Shown here: positions 38,270 through 47,859 of the stretch, piece by piece
How the letters are laid out: each line of letters starts with the position of its first letter
Position numbering within the stretch: position 1 is the first letter of the stretch
From: an uncultured candidatus Brocadiaceae bacterium
GTDB taxonomy: Bacteria > Planctomycetota > Brocadiia > SM23-32
Reading direction: 5' to 3'
Length of the DNA stretch: 64,000 nucleotides
Assembly: GCA_964510315.1 (NCBI GenBank)
Contig: CAZEAP010000004.1
Location: forward strand, 67,092 to 131,091
Made by a program: the position numbers and the translations under genes
The notes under the pieces: model-generated
Seen by the model: only the letters and a program-made list of their open reading frames with translations
What the model was told of the DNA's origin: nothing
Database searches by the model: none

Positions 38270-39634
38270 ATGGGTTTCAGGGTAGGCATCTGCGGACTGG
38301 GCCATTTTGGGCGTCGTTTCGTCGAGCTTTTCCAGGCTCACCCCCTCTGCGATGAGGTGGTGCTGGCGGAGCTGCGGGAGGACGTCCTCAGCGACGTTGC
38401 CGAGGAACACGGCGTCGAGCGCACGTGCAAGGACCTCGAACAGTTGTGCGCGACCGACGTGGACGCGGTGGCCATCTTCACCCAGCGCTGGACACACGGG
38501 CCCCAGGCGCTCAAGGCGCTCAGGGCCGGCAAGCACGTCTACTGTGCCGTGCCGGCCGCGGTGACTACGGAGGAGCTGGGAGAGCTGGTGGAGGCGGTCG
38601 AGGAGACCGGCCTGACCTACTGCCTGGGAGAGACCAGCTTCTACCGCCCGCAGGCCACCTGGTGCCGGCGGAAGTTCGCCGCCGGGGACTTCGGTGAGTT
38701 CGTCTACGGGGAAGGCCAGTACCACCATCACATGGCCCACTGGTTCTACCTGCCGTTCTACGACGCCAACGGGCCGGAGTGGAAGCAGTTCGCCAGTGTG
38801 CCGCCGATGTGGTATCCCACCCATTCGGTTTCCCACGTGCTCAGCGTCACCTTCAGCCGGTTCACGAAGGCATCCTGCTTCGGCCGGGTCGACCAGCACG
38901 AGGACGGCCTCTTCGACCCGCACCTGAGCTACTTCGACAACCCGTGGAGCAACCAGTCGGCGCTGTTCCAGACCGCCGACGGGGGCATGGCGCGCATCAA
39001 CGAGTTTCGCCGCACGGGGGCCGGGGAGAGCCGGCAGAGCATCATCGGAACCCGGGGGGCCTACGAGGAGCAGTGTAACCCCCGGCGCGGCGAGGTGACC
39101 GTGCAGCAGCAGATCGACGGCACCGAAGCGGACGCGAAGGAAACCGCCGCCAGTCAGGCGGTCTGGACCGAAATCCGCTGGGAGCAGGACCCCCACGGGC
39201 CCGACGGCAGCTACGATTACGTCAACGCCCAGCACTACATCCATCTCCACAAGGAGGACGTCACCTGCATCCACCGGCTGGACGGCGTGGAGATCACCGA
39301 GGAGAACCTGGGCGACCTGCCGCGAGAATACCTGGGCCGCCGGCACCGGGGGGTTTCCACGGTCCATGAAGTGCAGCGCCTGCCGGAGGAGTTCGTCGGC
39401 CTGCCCAACGGCCACTGCGGATCCCACCAGTTCCTGGTGCAGGATTTCATGGAGGCCATGGACACCGGCAAGCTGCCGCCGAACCACGTATGGCTGGCGG
39501 CTCGCTACAACGCGCCCGGTATCGTCGCGCATGAGTCCTGCAAGCGTGGCGGGGAGATGCTGGAGATTCCCGACTTCGGCAGCCCCCCGGAGGACGCCGA
39601 ATGCATCGACCCGCTGGTCGTGTTGCGCGACTGA
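38270..39634 (+). CDS. Gfo/Idh/MocA family oxidoreductase
   Basis: GICGLGHFG, GKHVYCAVP, YGEGQYHH, YPTHS, GHCGSHQFL. Confidence 0.9.
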   Translation: MGFRVGICGLGHFGRRFVELFQAHPLCDEVVLAELREDVLSDVAEEHGVERTCKDLEQLCATDVDAVAIFTQRWTHGPQALKALRAGKHVYCAVPAAVTTEELGELVEAVEETGLTYCLGETSFYRPQATWCRRKFAAGDFGEFVYGEGQYHHHMAHWFYLPFYDANGPEWKQFASVPPMWYPTHSVSHVLSVTFSRFTKASCFGRVDQHEDGLFDPHLSYFDNPWSNQSALFQTADGGMARINEFRRTGAGESRQSIIGTRGAYEEQCNPRRGEVTVQQQIDGTEADAKETAASQAVWTEIRWEQDPHGPDGSYDYVNAQHYIHLHKEDVTCIHRLDGVEITEENLGDLPREYLGRRHRGVSTVHEVQRLPEEFVGLPNGHCGSHQFLVQDFMEAMDTGKLPPNHVWLAARYNAPGIVAHESCKRGGEMLEIPDFGSPPEDAECIDPLVVLRD

Positions 39635-39720
39635 CGCGGAGACCGAAAGCGGACCTTTGCGGCCCCGGAGCGCCGGCCATGCAGAACTTCGTCATCTTCA
39701 ACCCGGACCAATGGCGCGGC

Positions 39721-39810
39721 GACTACCGGCTGTAGCTTGCGGGGAACCGGTGCGGAGATAGGACCCGGTCATGATCCCGAGGGACTATCCCCGCGTGTGA
39801 GGGGGAACCG
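39721..39810. CRISPR. Relic type I-E-like CRISPR repeat (one near-intact repeat plus a degenerate partial one 61 bp upstream); no cas genes
   Basis: GGACTATCCCCGCGTGTGAGGGGGAACC (39782-39809) with CCCC/GGGG hairpin; GGGGAACCG ends at both 39749 and 39810. Confidence 0.5.
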
Positions 39811-39879
39811 CGCAGGCCTGCCGGGGTTGGGGTTGCCCTGACGGGCAAGCTTCGTACTCCGCTCCGCGGCTGTTCTCCC

Positions 39880-39907
39880 TTGCCTCCCCTGCCATGATTT
39901 TTATAAT
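39880..39907 (+). promoter_or_regulatory. Sigma70-type promoter for mod operon
   Basis: TTGCCT (39880-39885), 16-nt spacer, TATAAT (39902-39907). Confidence 0.5.
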
Positions 39908-39975
39908 ACGAACAGTGTACCGACGGCCTTACTGCACAGATGGGGTCCCAGGTTGGTATATGGAGAAGGGCTCAC

Positions 39976-42810
39976 ATGGCACGCGGAAAAAGAAAAGGCA
40001 AAGAGAGCTGGCCCGAGGACTACAGGCATCCGGAGGCCGACAGCCCGATGCGGCCGGAGGTGGGGACGCAGGCGCAGTTCCGGAAGAAGAAGGAGCCGCA
40101 GACGTACCGGTACGACTCCTCGCTTGCGCCGGAGATGAACTGGGACGGGCAGAATCCGGCGCGCGAGCTGGGCGAATGGCTTCTGGCCTGCGTGGAGGAG
40201 GCATCGGCCCTCGAGCCGCCTCACCGATTCCCGGAGCCGCGCACTTTCCGGTCGTCGGACGGCGGGATCGTCGAGAGCGTGGACGGGCTGCACGAGGCCG
40301 TCGCCAAGCTCAAGGCCCTGGGTGAGCCCTTCCTGAACTGGGCGGGCAAGGCGGAACGGCTTTCCTTCGACGTGCCGACGCTGCCCCTGTTCGTGCACGA
40401 GCGGCTGAGTACCCACGCCATTATTGAGACACTCAAGGGCCATCGGAAAGACGAGGGCGCGCAGCAGTTGGAGCTCTTCGCTGACCCGCAGCACCCCGTC
40501 TCAGACCAGGTGCTGAAAGCCTACGAGTATCGGGACGACTGGGTGAACCGTCTGATCCTCGGCGACAGCCTGGTCGTGATGAACTCCCTGCTCCACTACG
40601 AGGGGATGGGCGGCCAGGTGCAGATGATCTACATGGACCCGCCCTACGGGGTGAAGTTCGGCAGCAACTTTCAGCCCTTCGTGCGCAGCCGGGACGTGAA
40701 GCACAACGATGACGATTCGCTGACCCGCGAACCGGAGATGGTCCAGGCCTACCGTGACACCTGGGAACTGGGGCTGCACTCCTATCTGTCATACATGCGT
40801 GACCGTCTGCTCCTTTGCCGCGAACTGCTGCACCCGTCGGGCAGTGTGTTCGTCCAGATCGGGGACGAGAACGTGCAGCATGTTCGCGAGGTCTTGGATG
40901 AAGTCTTTGGACCCGACAACTTTTGCTCGCTGATAGCATTCGTGAAGACAGGTGGTTTCAGCCCTACTTTGCTTCCAAACGTTGCGGATTATCTCCTCTG
41001 GTATGCGAAGGACAAAGAACGTGTGACATACCGGCAGCTTCATCAGAGGAAGGACCCGGGCGAAGAGGGAGCCACTCAGTACACGTATGTCGAAGACCCT
41101 GACACCGGTGAAGTGCGCTCAATGACCCAAGAAGAGAGGCAAAACCCAAGCGTGGTCGCATCGACCCATCGGGTTCTCTGCCACGACAACCTGACTGGTC
41201 AGGGGGCATCGGGGAACACGGACCCGTTCGAATGGGAGGGAAAGGTCTTCGAACTGCCTGCCAATAGCCATTGGAAGACGACGACCGAGGGACTGCAGCG
41301 TTTGGCCGAAGAAAACCGGTTGATAGCTATGGGTGACACCCTTCGGTACAAGCGGTATCTCGATGACTTCCCCGTATATCCAATTTCGAACGTATGGACG
41401 GACACGGCGATCAGCGGTTTCGCGGAGAAGAAGACCTACGTCGTCCAGACGAACCCGTCCGTTGTCGAGAGATGTATGCTCATGACAACGGACCCAGGCG
41501 ACCTCGTGCTCGATCCCACCTGTGGAAGTGGCACGACGGCCTATGTTGCTGAGGAGTGGGGCCGGCGCTGGATTACAACTGACGTCAGCCGGGTGCCCCT
41601 GGCGCTGGCGCGGCAGCGGCTACTGACGGCGACTTTGCCCTGGTACCGGCTTCAGGAAGAAGCACGCGGTCCAGCTGGAGGCTTTATCTACGAGCAGAAG
41701 CAAGACGACATCGGGCGCGAGATAGGAGGGATTGTCCCTCACAAGACGCTCAAGGCCATCGCCAATGCCGAGGAACCGGACTACGAGGTGCTTGTTGACA
41801 AGCCTGAGCGAGACAGTGGCGTCACGCGAGTTAGCGGGCCCTTCGTTGTAGAAGCGACGATTCCCACACCTGTCGACTGGGACGCCGACGGCGAGGAGGA
41901 CTCCGGTGTGAATATGGCGGAGCGAGGGGCGTTCCTCGACAGAATGCTCGAGGTGTTGCGGAAGAGCCCCGTCCTCCACCTGGAGGGTAACCGGGCGGTG
42001 ACGCTCAAGAACGTGCGTCTGCCGGCCAAGTCGCTTTCGCTCTCCGCCGAGGCAATGGTCAGCCCGAAGGACCTGGGGCCTCCGGAGACGCTGGAGGACA
42101 TGAAGGAGCAGGCACTGGACGATGCCGGCGGACGGCTGCCGTTCAACGATCAACCGGTGGCCATCGTGTTCGGCCCCGAGAACGGCGCCGTCAGCGAGAA
42201 GCTCGTCTTCGAAGCGGCCCGCGAGGCCCACGTCAAGGACTACGCCCACCTGTTCGTGATCGGGTTCGCCATCCAGCCGAACGCCCGCAAGCTGGTCGAG
42301 GACTGCGCAGAGGCCGTCGGCGTTCCCGCCAGCTACGTGCAGATGACGCCCGACCTGGTGATGGGCGACCTGCTGAAGAACATGCGCTCGAGCGAGATCT
42401 TCAGCGTCTGCGGCCTGCCGGAAGTCGAGGTGCGCGCGGCCGGCGACGGCAAGTACGAGGCCGAGCTACTGGGCATGGATACGTTCGATCCGGCCACGAT
42501 GAAGACCGAGCACCGGGACGGCGACGACGTGCCGGCGTGGTTCCTGGACACCGACTACAACGGCCTCTGCTTCCACGTCTGCCAGGCATTCTTCCCGCGC
42601 ACGCGGGCCTGGGACAGCATCAAGAAGGCGCTGAAGGGCACGCACGATCCCGAGGTCTGGGACCACCTGGCCGGCACGAGGAGCGCACCCTTTGAGGCCG
42701 GAGAGCACGGCCAGATCGCCGTGAAGGTCATCGACGACCGCGGGAACGAGCTGTTGGTGGTCAAAGATCTGGAGGATGCGCGCACCGAAGGAGAGAAGGA
42801 TGGAGCGTGA
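39976..42810 (+). CDS. mod: Type III R-M methyltransferase (Mod), beta-class amino-MTase with long C-terminal extension
   Basis: IYMDPPYG (motif IV) before DPTCGSGTT (motif I); upstream of Res helicase. Confidence 0.9.
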   Translation: MARGKRKGKESWPEDYRHPEADSPMRPEVGTQAQFRKKKEPQTYRYDSSLAPEMNWDGQNPARELGEWLLACVEEASALEPPHRFPEPRTFRSSDGGIVESVDGLHEAVAKLKALGEPFLNWAGKAERLSFDVPTLPLFVHERLSTHAIIETLKGHRKDEGAQQLELFADPQHPVSDQVLKAYEYRDDWVNRLILGDSLVVMNSLLHYEGMGGQVQMIYMDPPYGVKFGSNFQPFVRSRDVKHNDDDSLTREPEMVQAYRDTWELGLHSYLSYMRDRLLLCRELLHPSGSVFVQIGDENVQHVREVLDEVFGPDNFCSLIAFVKTGGFSPTLLPNVADYLLWYAKDKERVTYRQLHQRKDPGEEGATQYTYVEDPDTGEVRSMTQEERQNPSVVASTHRVLCHDNLTGQGASGNTDPFEWEGKVFELPANSHWKTTTEGLQRLAEENRLIAMGDTLRYKRYLDDFPVYPISNVWTDTAISGFAEKKTYVVQTNPSVVERCMLMTTDPGDLVLDPTCGSGTTAYVAEEWGRRWITTDVSRVPLALARQRLLTATLPWYRLQEEARGPAGGFIYEQKQDDIGREIGGIVPHKTLKAIANAEEPDYEVLVDKPERDSGVTRVSGPFVVEATIPTPVDWDADGEEDSGVNMAERGAFLDRMLEVLRKSPVLHLEGNRAVTLKNVRLPAKSLSLSAEAMVSPKDLGPPETLEDMKEQALDDAGGRLPFNDQPVAIVFGPENGAVSEKLVFEAAREAHVKDYAHLFVIGFAIQPNARKLVEDCAEAVGVPASYVQMTPDLVMGDLLKNMRSSEIFSVCGLPEVEVRAAGDGKYEAELLGMDTFDPATMKTEHRDGDDVPAWFLDTDYNGLCFHVCQAFFPRTRAWDSIKKALKGTHDPEVWDHLAGTRSAPFEAGEHGQIAVKVIDDRGNELLVVKDLEDARTEGEKDGA

Positions 42811-43114
42811 GGAACTGCGAACCGAGCTGAAGCGCCGCCTGGAGGATGCCTTCGGGGACCGACTGCAAGGCGTGGTGCTGTACGGTTCCGAGGCGCGGGG
42901 AGAGCCCCGGCAGGACAGCGACATCGACGTGATGGTGTTGCTGGAGGGGCCTATCAACCTGTGGGAAGACCTCAAGACGGGCATCGAGGCCACCTATGAC
43001 CTGACGTTGGAGTTGGGGCGGCCTGTGCATCCGGACCCGGTGGACGCGGCGGAATACGAAAAAGGGGAGTTTGCGCTTTATCGCAACGTGAAACGGGAAG
43101 GAATCGTGCTGTGA
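42800..43114 (+). CDS. Minimal nucleotidyltransferase (MNT) antitoxin
   Basis: LYGSEARGE...DSDIDVMV; overlaps mod stop and HEPN start. Confidence 0.92.
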   Translation: MEREELRTELKRRLEDAFGDRLQGVVLYGSEARGEPRQDSDIDVMVLLEGPINLWEDLKTGIEATYDLTLELGRPVHPDPVDAAEYEKGEFALYRNVKREGIVL

Positions 43115-43509
43115 GCCATGAGTCACAGGATCTGTGGGCGCGTGCGGTGGAGGCATTAGGCGTTGCGCAGAGGGAGGCAGCGCTGAGCCCGGACGCCTCG
43201 GCGTCGCGTGCTTACTACGCGGCCTTCCATGCCGTATCCGCCCTCTTTGCCACGAGAGGCGAGAGCTTCAGGCGACACTCGGCAGTGGAAGCGGCCGTGC
43301 ATCGCGACCTGGTGCGCACGGGGGATTTGAGCAAGGAGTTGGGCGCGGCCTACAGCGCGTTGCTGAGGTTGCGCGAGGTGGGAGATTACGGCGGGGCACG
43401 CCACGTGAGGGCCGACCAAGCACGCGAGGCGGTGGGCGATGCCCGGAAGATTCTTGCGGCGGTCAGTGAGCTGAAACCGGATGAGTTCCACATGCCGGAA
43501 AAGGAGTGA
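43111..43509 (+). CDS. HEPN domain protein (toxin partner of MNT)
   Basis: SRAYYAAFHA, RRHSAV, LREVGDY. Confidence 0.9.
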   Translation: MSHESQDLWARAVEALGVAQREAALSPDASASRAYYAAFHAVSALFATRGESFRRHSAVEAAVHRDLVRTGDLSKELGAAYSALLRLREVGDYGGARHVRADQAREAVGDARKILAAVSELKPDEFHMPEKE

Positions 43510-43513
43510 AGGC

Positions 43514-46500
43514 ATGGCCGACTTCGAGGTGCCGGAACCGATCCTGAATACCCCTTACGAGGAGCCGCAGCAGTACTGGTTCATCCGTGAGGGCGAGTCG
43601 CCGGAGCAGCGCGAGGGCAGACGGCCTTCGGTGGTCTATCCGCCGAGTGACACGCCGGTGAAGTGGAGCATCGAGCCGGAGATTCTGCAGCGCTCCGAGG
43701 ACTTCGCTCCCGGTTACGAGATGGTGCTTGTCAACCTGGTCCGGGAGCGGCGCAAGCAATGGCGGGCCGACGGGTGTCCTGGAGTGACGCGAGTCAGCAA
43801 GGAACTGATGGAGTGGTGGCACCGGGCCGGCCGGAAGACGCCGCTCTGGTTCGCGCAGCTCGAGGCGGCCGAGACGGTCATCTTCCTCACCGAAGCCCGG
43901 CAGGATTACCTGCAAGGCATCGACGTTCCGCTGGACGAGCCCAACCCGAGCCAGAAAGAGGAAGGCATCAAGGCTTTCCTTCGGTATGCCCTGAAGATGG
44001 CAACCGGCGCGGGCAAGACGACGGTGATGGGGATGCTGGCGGCCTGGAGCATCTTGAACAAGGTGAACAACCGGTCGGATGCTCGGTTCTCCGACGTGGT
44101 CCTGATCGTCTGCCCCAACATCACGATCAAGAACCGGCTGCAGGAACTGGACCCCGAACAGGGCGACGCCAGCCTGTACCGCACGCGCGACCTCGTGCCG
44201 CCGCACCTGATGCCCCAGCTCAGCCAGGGCAAGGTCATCGTAACGAACTGGCACCTGTTCCAGTTGCAGGACCCCAGCGCCGGCGACCCCGCCAAAGTGA
44301 AGAAGATCGGCGTCAAGGTAGAGAAGCTGGACACCGTCTACATCCGTGACCGAACAGACACCTATCGCGGCTATCGCTACCTCACGTTGGAGGACTACGA
44401 GCAGCAGGTGGCGACGGGGATGCTGACGGTGCGGGAGGAGTATCGCGACAGCAGCGGCAACCTGGAGAAAGCCGACGTCGTGACCACGAAGTACGTGGAG
44501 AGCGACACCGCGTGGGACCGGCGCGTGCTGGGCCAGGAGATCGGCGGCAAGCAGAACATCCTGGTGATGAACGACGAGGCCCATCACGCCTACCGTATCC
44601 GGCGCGGGGAGGAGGAAGAGGAGACCGAGGAAGAGACCTTCGGGGAGGAGAGCGAGGCCGAGGAGTTCTTCACCGAAGCGACGGTATGGGTGGAGGGCCT
44701 GGACCGCGTCCACAAGATGCGGGGCATCAACTTCTGCGTGGACCTGTCGGCGACGCCTTACTACCTGGGCCGTGTGGGCCAGGAGACGAACAAGCCTTTC
44801 CCGTGGGTCGTGAGCGACTTCGGGCTCACTGACGCCATCGAGTCGGGGCTCGTGAAGATACCGCAGCTCGCGCTGCAGGACCCGAGCGGCGAGGAGCGGG
44901 CGGCTTACTTCAACCTCTGGAAGTGGATTCTGGACCAGCTCACGTCTCGCGAGAAGGGCGGCACGAAGGGCAGTCCGAAGCCGGAGGCGGTGCTGAAGTA
45001 CGCCCACCATCCGATTGCGATGCTCGGCGGTCAGTGGGAGGAGACGCGGCAGGTATGGAAGCGCAACGAGGACGACGACCGCCCGCCGGTCTTCATCATC
45101 GTGTGCAAGAACACGAAGATCGCCGAGGTGATCTACCAGTGGCTGGCCAACGGCGAAGCGCCCGAGGGGATTCCGACGTCCGGGATCGACGCGCTGCGCA
45201 ACACGGACGGCCGCGAAAACACGGTCCGGATCGACTCGAAGGTGGTGCACGAGACGGATAGCGACCACGCGAAGAGCGACCTGGACGCCTGGATGCGGCT
45301 GACGCTGGACACGGTGGGCAAGGAGCAGTGGCCGACTGACTCGCAACGCAGGCCCATCTACCCGGAGGGATTCGAGGAGTTGGCGAACAAGCTGGGCAAG
45401 CCACTACATCCGCCGGGACGGGATGTCCGTTGCATCGTGAGCGTCGGCATGCTCACGGAGGGATGGGACTGCAACACGGTGACGCACATCGTGGGGTTGC
45501 GGCCCTTCATGTCACAGCTTTTGTGCGAACAGGTTGTCGGCCGCGGCCTGCGGCGCACGAGTTATGAGGTGGCCGAGAACGGGAAGCTCACCGAAGAGGT
45601 GGCGCAGATCCTGGGTGTGCCGTTCGAGGTCGTGCCCTACAAGGCCGCGCCGGAGGGGCAGCCCGCGCAGGTCAAGGAGCGGAAGCATGTGCACGCGCTG
45701 CCCGAGAAGGCCAGGTACGAGATCACGTTCCCGCGCGTGGACGGCTATACGCAGGCTATCCGGAACCGGGTTACTGTGGACTGGGATGCGTTGCCGCGGC
45801 TTCGGCTCGACCCGGCCCAGATCCCGCCGGAAGTGCGGATGAAGGCGACCGTGCCGAGCAACGAGGGCCGGCCATCTCTGTTCGGCCCTGGCGGCGAAGT
45901 CCAGATTGACCTCAATCCGTACCGCGAGGGGCGCCGAATGCAGGAGCTTGCGTTCGAAATGGCTGCGGCGATGACGAAGGAACTGGCGAACAACCCCAGG
46001 TGCAACGTGCCGACGCACGTGCTGTTCCCCCAGACGCTGGGCATCGTGCAGCGGTACTTGGCAGAGAAGGTCGATCCCGTGCCGCCCGCCGAGAGAATTG
46101 ATGTTGCCCTCTCGCCGTACTACGGGTGGGCTGTGGAGCGGCTGCGCGACGCGATCCGCGCGGACACGGGAGCCGGCGAGCCGCCGGAGGTGCCCCGTTA
46201 CGAGCAGCACCGCGGCCCGGGCTCAACGGACGAGGTGGACTTCTGGACCAGCCGGGAGGTCTGGACGCCGCAAAGGAGCCACGTCAACTACGTGGTCGCC
46301 GACACGCGGCGCTGGGAGCAGTCGGCCGCCTACCACATCGACAAGCACGATGCGGTGGATGCCTACGTCAAGAACGCGGGTCTGGGATTCGCCATCCCCT
46401 ACGTGCACAACGGCGAGCCGCATGACTACGTGCCCGACTTCATCATCCGGCTGAAGACGGATGGCGACGAGGAGCGCTACCTGATCCTGGAGACCAAGGG

Positions 46501-46666
46501 GTTCGACGAGTTGGAGGGCGTGAAGCGCGAGGCGGCCAAGCGATGGGTAGAAGCCGTCAATGCGGATGGTGCCTTTGGTCACTGGGACTACGCGACCGCT
46601 CACAGCCCTGGTGTCGTGATAAGTCTTCTTGACGAAGCAGTCAGAGCGGGCCTCGACGCGGGCTGA
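43514..46666 (+). CDS. res: Type III R-M restriction subunit (SF2 ATPase plus PD-(D/E)xK nuclease)
   Basis: MATGAGKT, NDEAHH, LSATP, VGMLTEGWD, QVVGRGLR, YVPDF...LETKG. Confidence 0.92.
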   Translation: MADFEVPEPILNTPYEEPQQYWFIREGESPEQREGRRPSVVYPPSDTPVKWSIEPEILQRSEDFAPGYEMVLVNLVRERRKQWRADGCPGVTRVSKELMEWWHRAGRKTPLWFAQLEAAETVIFLTEARQDYLQGIDVPLDEPNPSQKEEGIKAFLRYALKMATGAGKTTVMGMLAAWSILNKVNNRSDARFSDVVLIVCPNITIKNRLQELDPEQGDASLYRTRDLVPPHLMPQLSQGKVIVTNWHLFQLQDPSAGDPAKVKKIGVKVEKLDTVYIRDRTDTYRGYRYLTLEDYEQQVATGMLTVREEYRDSSGNLEKADVVTTKYVESDTAWDRRVLGQEIGGKQNILVMNDEAHHAYRIRRGEEEEETEEETFGEESEAEEFFTEATVWVEGLDRVHKMRGINFCVDLSATPYYLGRVGQETNKPFPWVVSDFGLTDAIESGLVKIPQLALQDPSGEERAAYFNLWKWILDQLTSREKGGTKGSPKPEAVLKYAHHPIAMLGGQWEETRQVWKRNEDDDRPPVFIIVCKNTKIAEVIYQWLANGEAPEGIPTSGIDALRNTDGRENTVRIDSKVVHETDSDHAKSDLDAWMRLTLDTVGKEQWPTDSQRRPIYPEGFEELANKLGKPLHPPGRDVRCIVSVGMLTEGWDCNTVTHIVGLRPFMSQLLCEQVVGRGLRRTSYEVAENGKLTEEVAQILGVPFEVVPYKAAPEGQPAQVKERKHVHALPEKARYEITFPRVDGYTQAIRNRVTVDWDALPRLRLDPAQIPPEVRMKATVPSNEGRPSLFGPGGEVQIDLNPYREGRRMQELAFEMAAAMTKELANNPRCNVPTHVLFPQTLGIVQRYLAEKVDPVPPAERIDVALSPYYGWAVERLRDAIRADTGAGEPPEVPRYEQHRGPGSTDEVDFWTSREVWTPQRSHVNYVVADTRRWEQSAAYHIDKHDAVDAYVKNAGLGFAIPYVHNGEPHDYVPDFIIRLKTDGDEERYLILETKGFDELEGVKREAAKRWVEAVNADGAFGHWDYATAHSPGVVISLLDEAVRAGLDAG

Positions 46667-46989
46667 GGCCGAAGTCCCCCATCGTAGCACCCTTTCAGTG
46701 TGCCCCTTGCTTCCCTCACGAGTTCCTTCTTTCGCGATTTCTTCGCTTCCTCCTCGCCGAATGGTCGCTTTCGGCCACCGTGGCGCGGATTTTTCGGTTC
46801 TCAGAGGGCTTCTGGTGGGGCCAGAGACCGGCGAGAGGAATCGGTTGCCCCTGTAGTGCCCAACCCGGACACGCCCCGGGCGCCGAACGGCTACAATAGC
46901 CGCGCTCAACGGTCCTGCTAACCGCGGAGGACGCAGAGTTACGCAGAGTTAACGACGGAGGGACAACGAACGACGAACAGGATTCCCCC

Positions 46990-47058
46990 AACGGCTGGAC
47001 AACCCGGCAACACAACATCCGGGAACCCTGTGCTGCCTACTGACTACTGACTACTGAC
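46990..47058 (+). repeat. 69-bp direct repeat, copy 1
   Basis: AACGGCTG(G/A)ACAACCCGGCAACACAACATCCGGGAACCCTGTGCTGC(CTACTGA)3C; one mismatch to 48455-48523. Confidence 0.97.
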
Positions 47059-47064
47059 CCTCAC

Positions 47065-47356
47065 AAAAATGATCGGCAAAAGCAGGGCGCCCTGAAAGGG
47101 CGCGACATATTCGTTCAAGACATGTCGCCATGTACCGGACGAGGCCCGGCTGCCCGGCGTATGTCTCGCCCCTACAGGGCTCAACTATTTGGGGGTGGAC
47201 CTGTACCCCCAGGGCTATGCCCTGGGCTGTGTATGTCACGCCCCTGCGGGGCTGCGATGTGTGATATACCGCGTTGCCCGGGTCGCTCTGGACGCTGAAC
47301 ACGTACGGCCAGGATGGCCCGGCACTGACTACTGTCTACTGACTACTGTCTACTGA
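47065..47356 (+). repeat. REP/REPIN-like hairpin cassette, copy 1, ending in 5 heptamers
   Basis: GCGCCCTGAAAGGGCGC, GCCCCTACAGGGC, CCCAGGGCTATGCCCTGGG, GCCCCTGCGGGGC; about 260 bp near-identical to 48645-48906. Confidence 0.93.
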
Positions 47357-47393
47357 CGTACCCGTTTACCGTGGACGCTTTGGGAGCGGTCCA

Positions 47394-47690
47394 CTGCCCG
47401 GCATCCGGCCACTGGGCTCTGTAAGAGCCCGACATACCAGCCCAGGGCGGAGCCCTGGGAAAAATGATCGGCACAAAAAGCCAGGGCGCCCTGAAAGGGC
47501 GCGACATATTCGTTCAGAAAGACATCTCGCCGTGTACCTGCCCGGCGTATGTCTCGCCCCTACAGGGCTCAACTATTTGGGGGTGGACCTGTACCCCCAG
47601 GGCTATGCCCTGGGCTGTGTATGTAACGCCCCTGCGGGGCTTCCATGTGTGATATCCCGCGCACTCCGAGCAGGGATGCTCGCGCTACAG
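47394..47690 (+). repeat. REP/REPIN-like cassette, copy 2, with both inverted arms
   Basis: 66-bp module 47394-47459 (GGGCTCTGTAAGAGCCC, CCCAGGGCGGAGCCCTGGG) identical to 48579-48644, followed by the shared cassette from 47460. Confidence 0.93.
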
Positions 47691-47696
47691 GGCCGG

Positions 47697-47850
47697 CTAC
47701 TGACTACTGACCACTGACCACTGACTACTGGCCACTGGCCACTGTCTACTGTCTACTGACCACTGACCACTGGCCACTGGCCACTGTCTACTGACTACTC
47801 TCTACTGACTACTGTCTACTGACCACTGTCTACTGACTACTCTCTACTGG
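47697..47850 (+). repeat. Heptamer tandem array, 22 units of C(T/C)ACT(G/C)(A/T/G)
   Basis: Counted unit by unit; ends 9 nt before ATG 47860. Confidence 0.98.
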
Positions 47851-47859
47851 AGTAAAGCC

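Noticed and set aside
39976-42810. Phase-variable repeat tract in mod
   Set aside because: No simple-sequence repeat tract seen in the gene or its promoter
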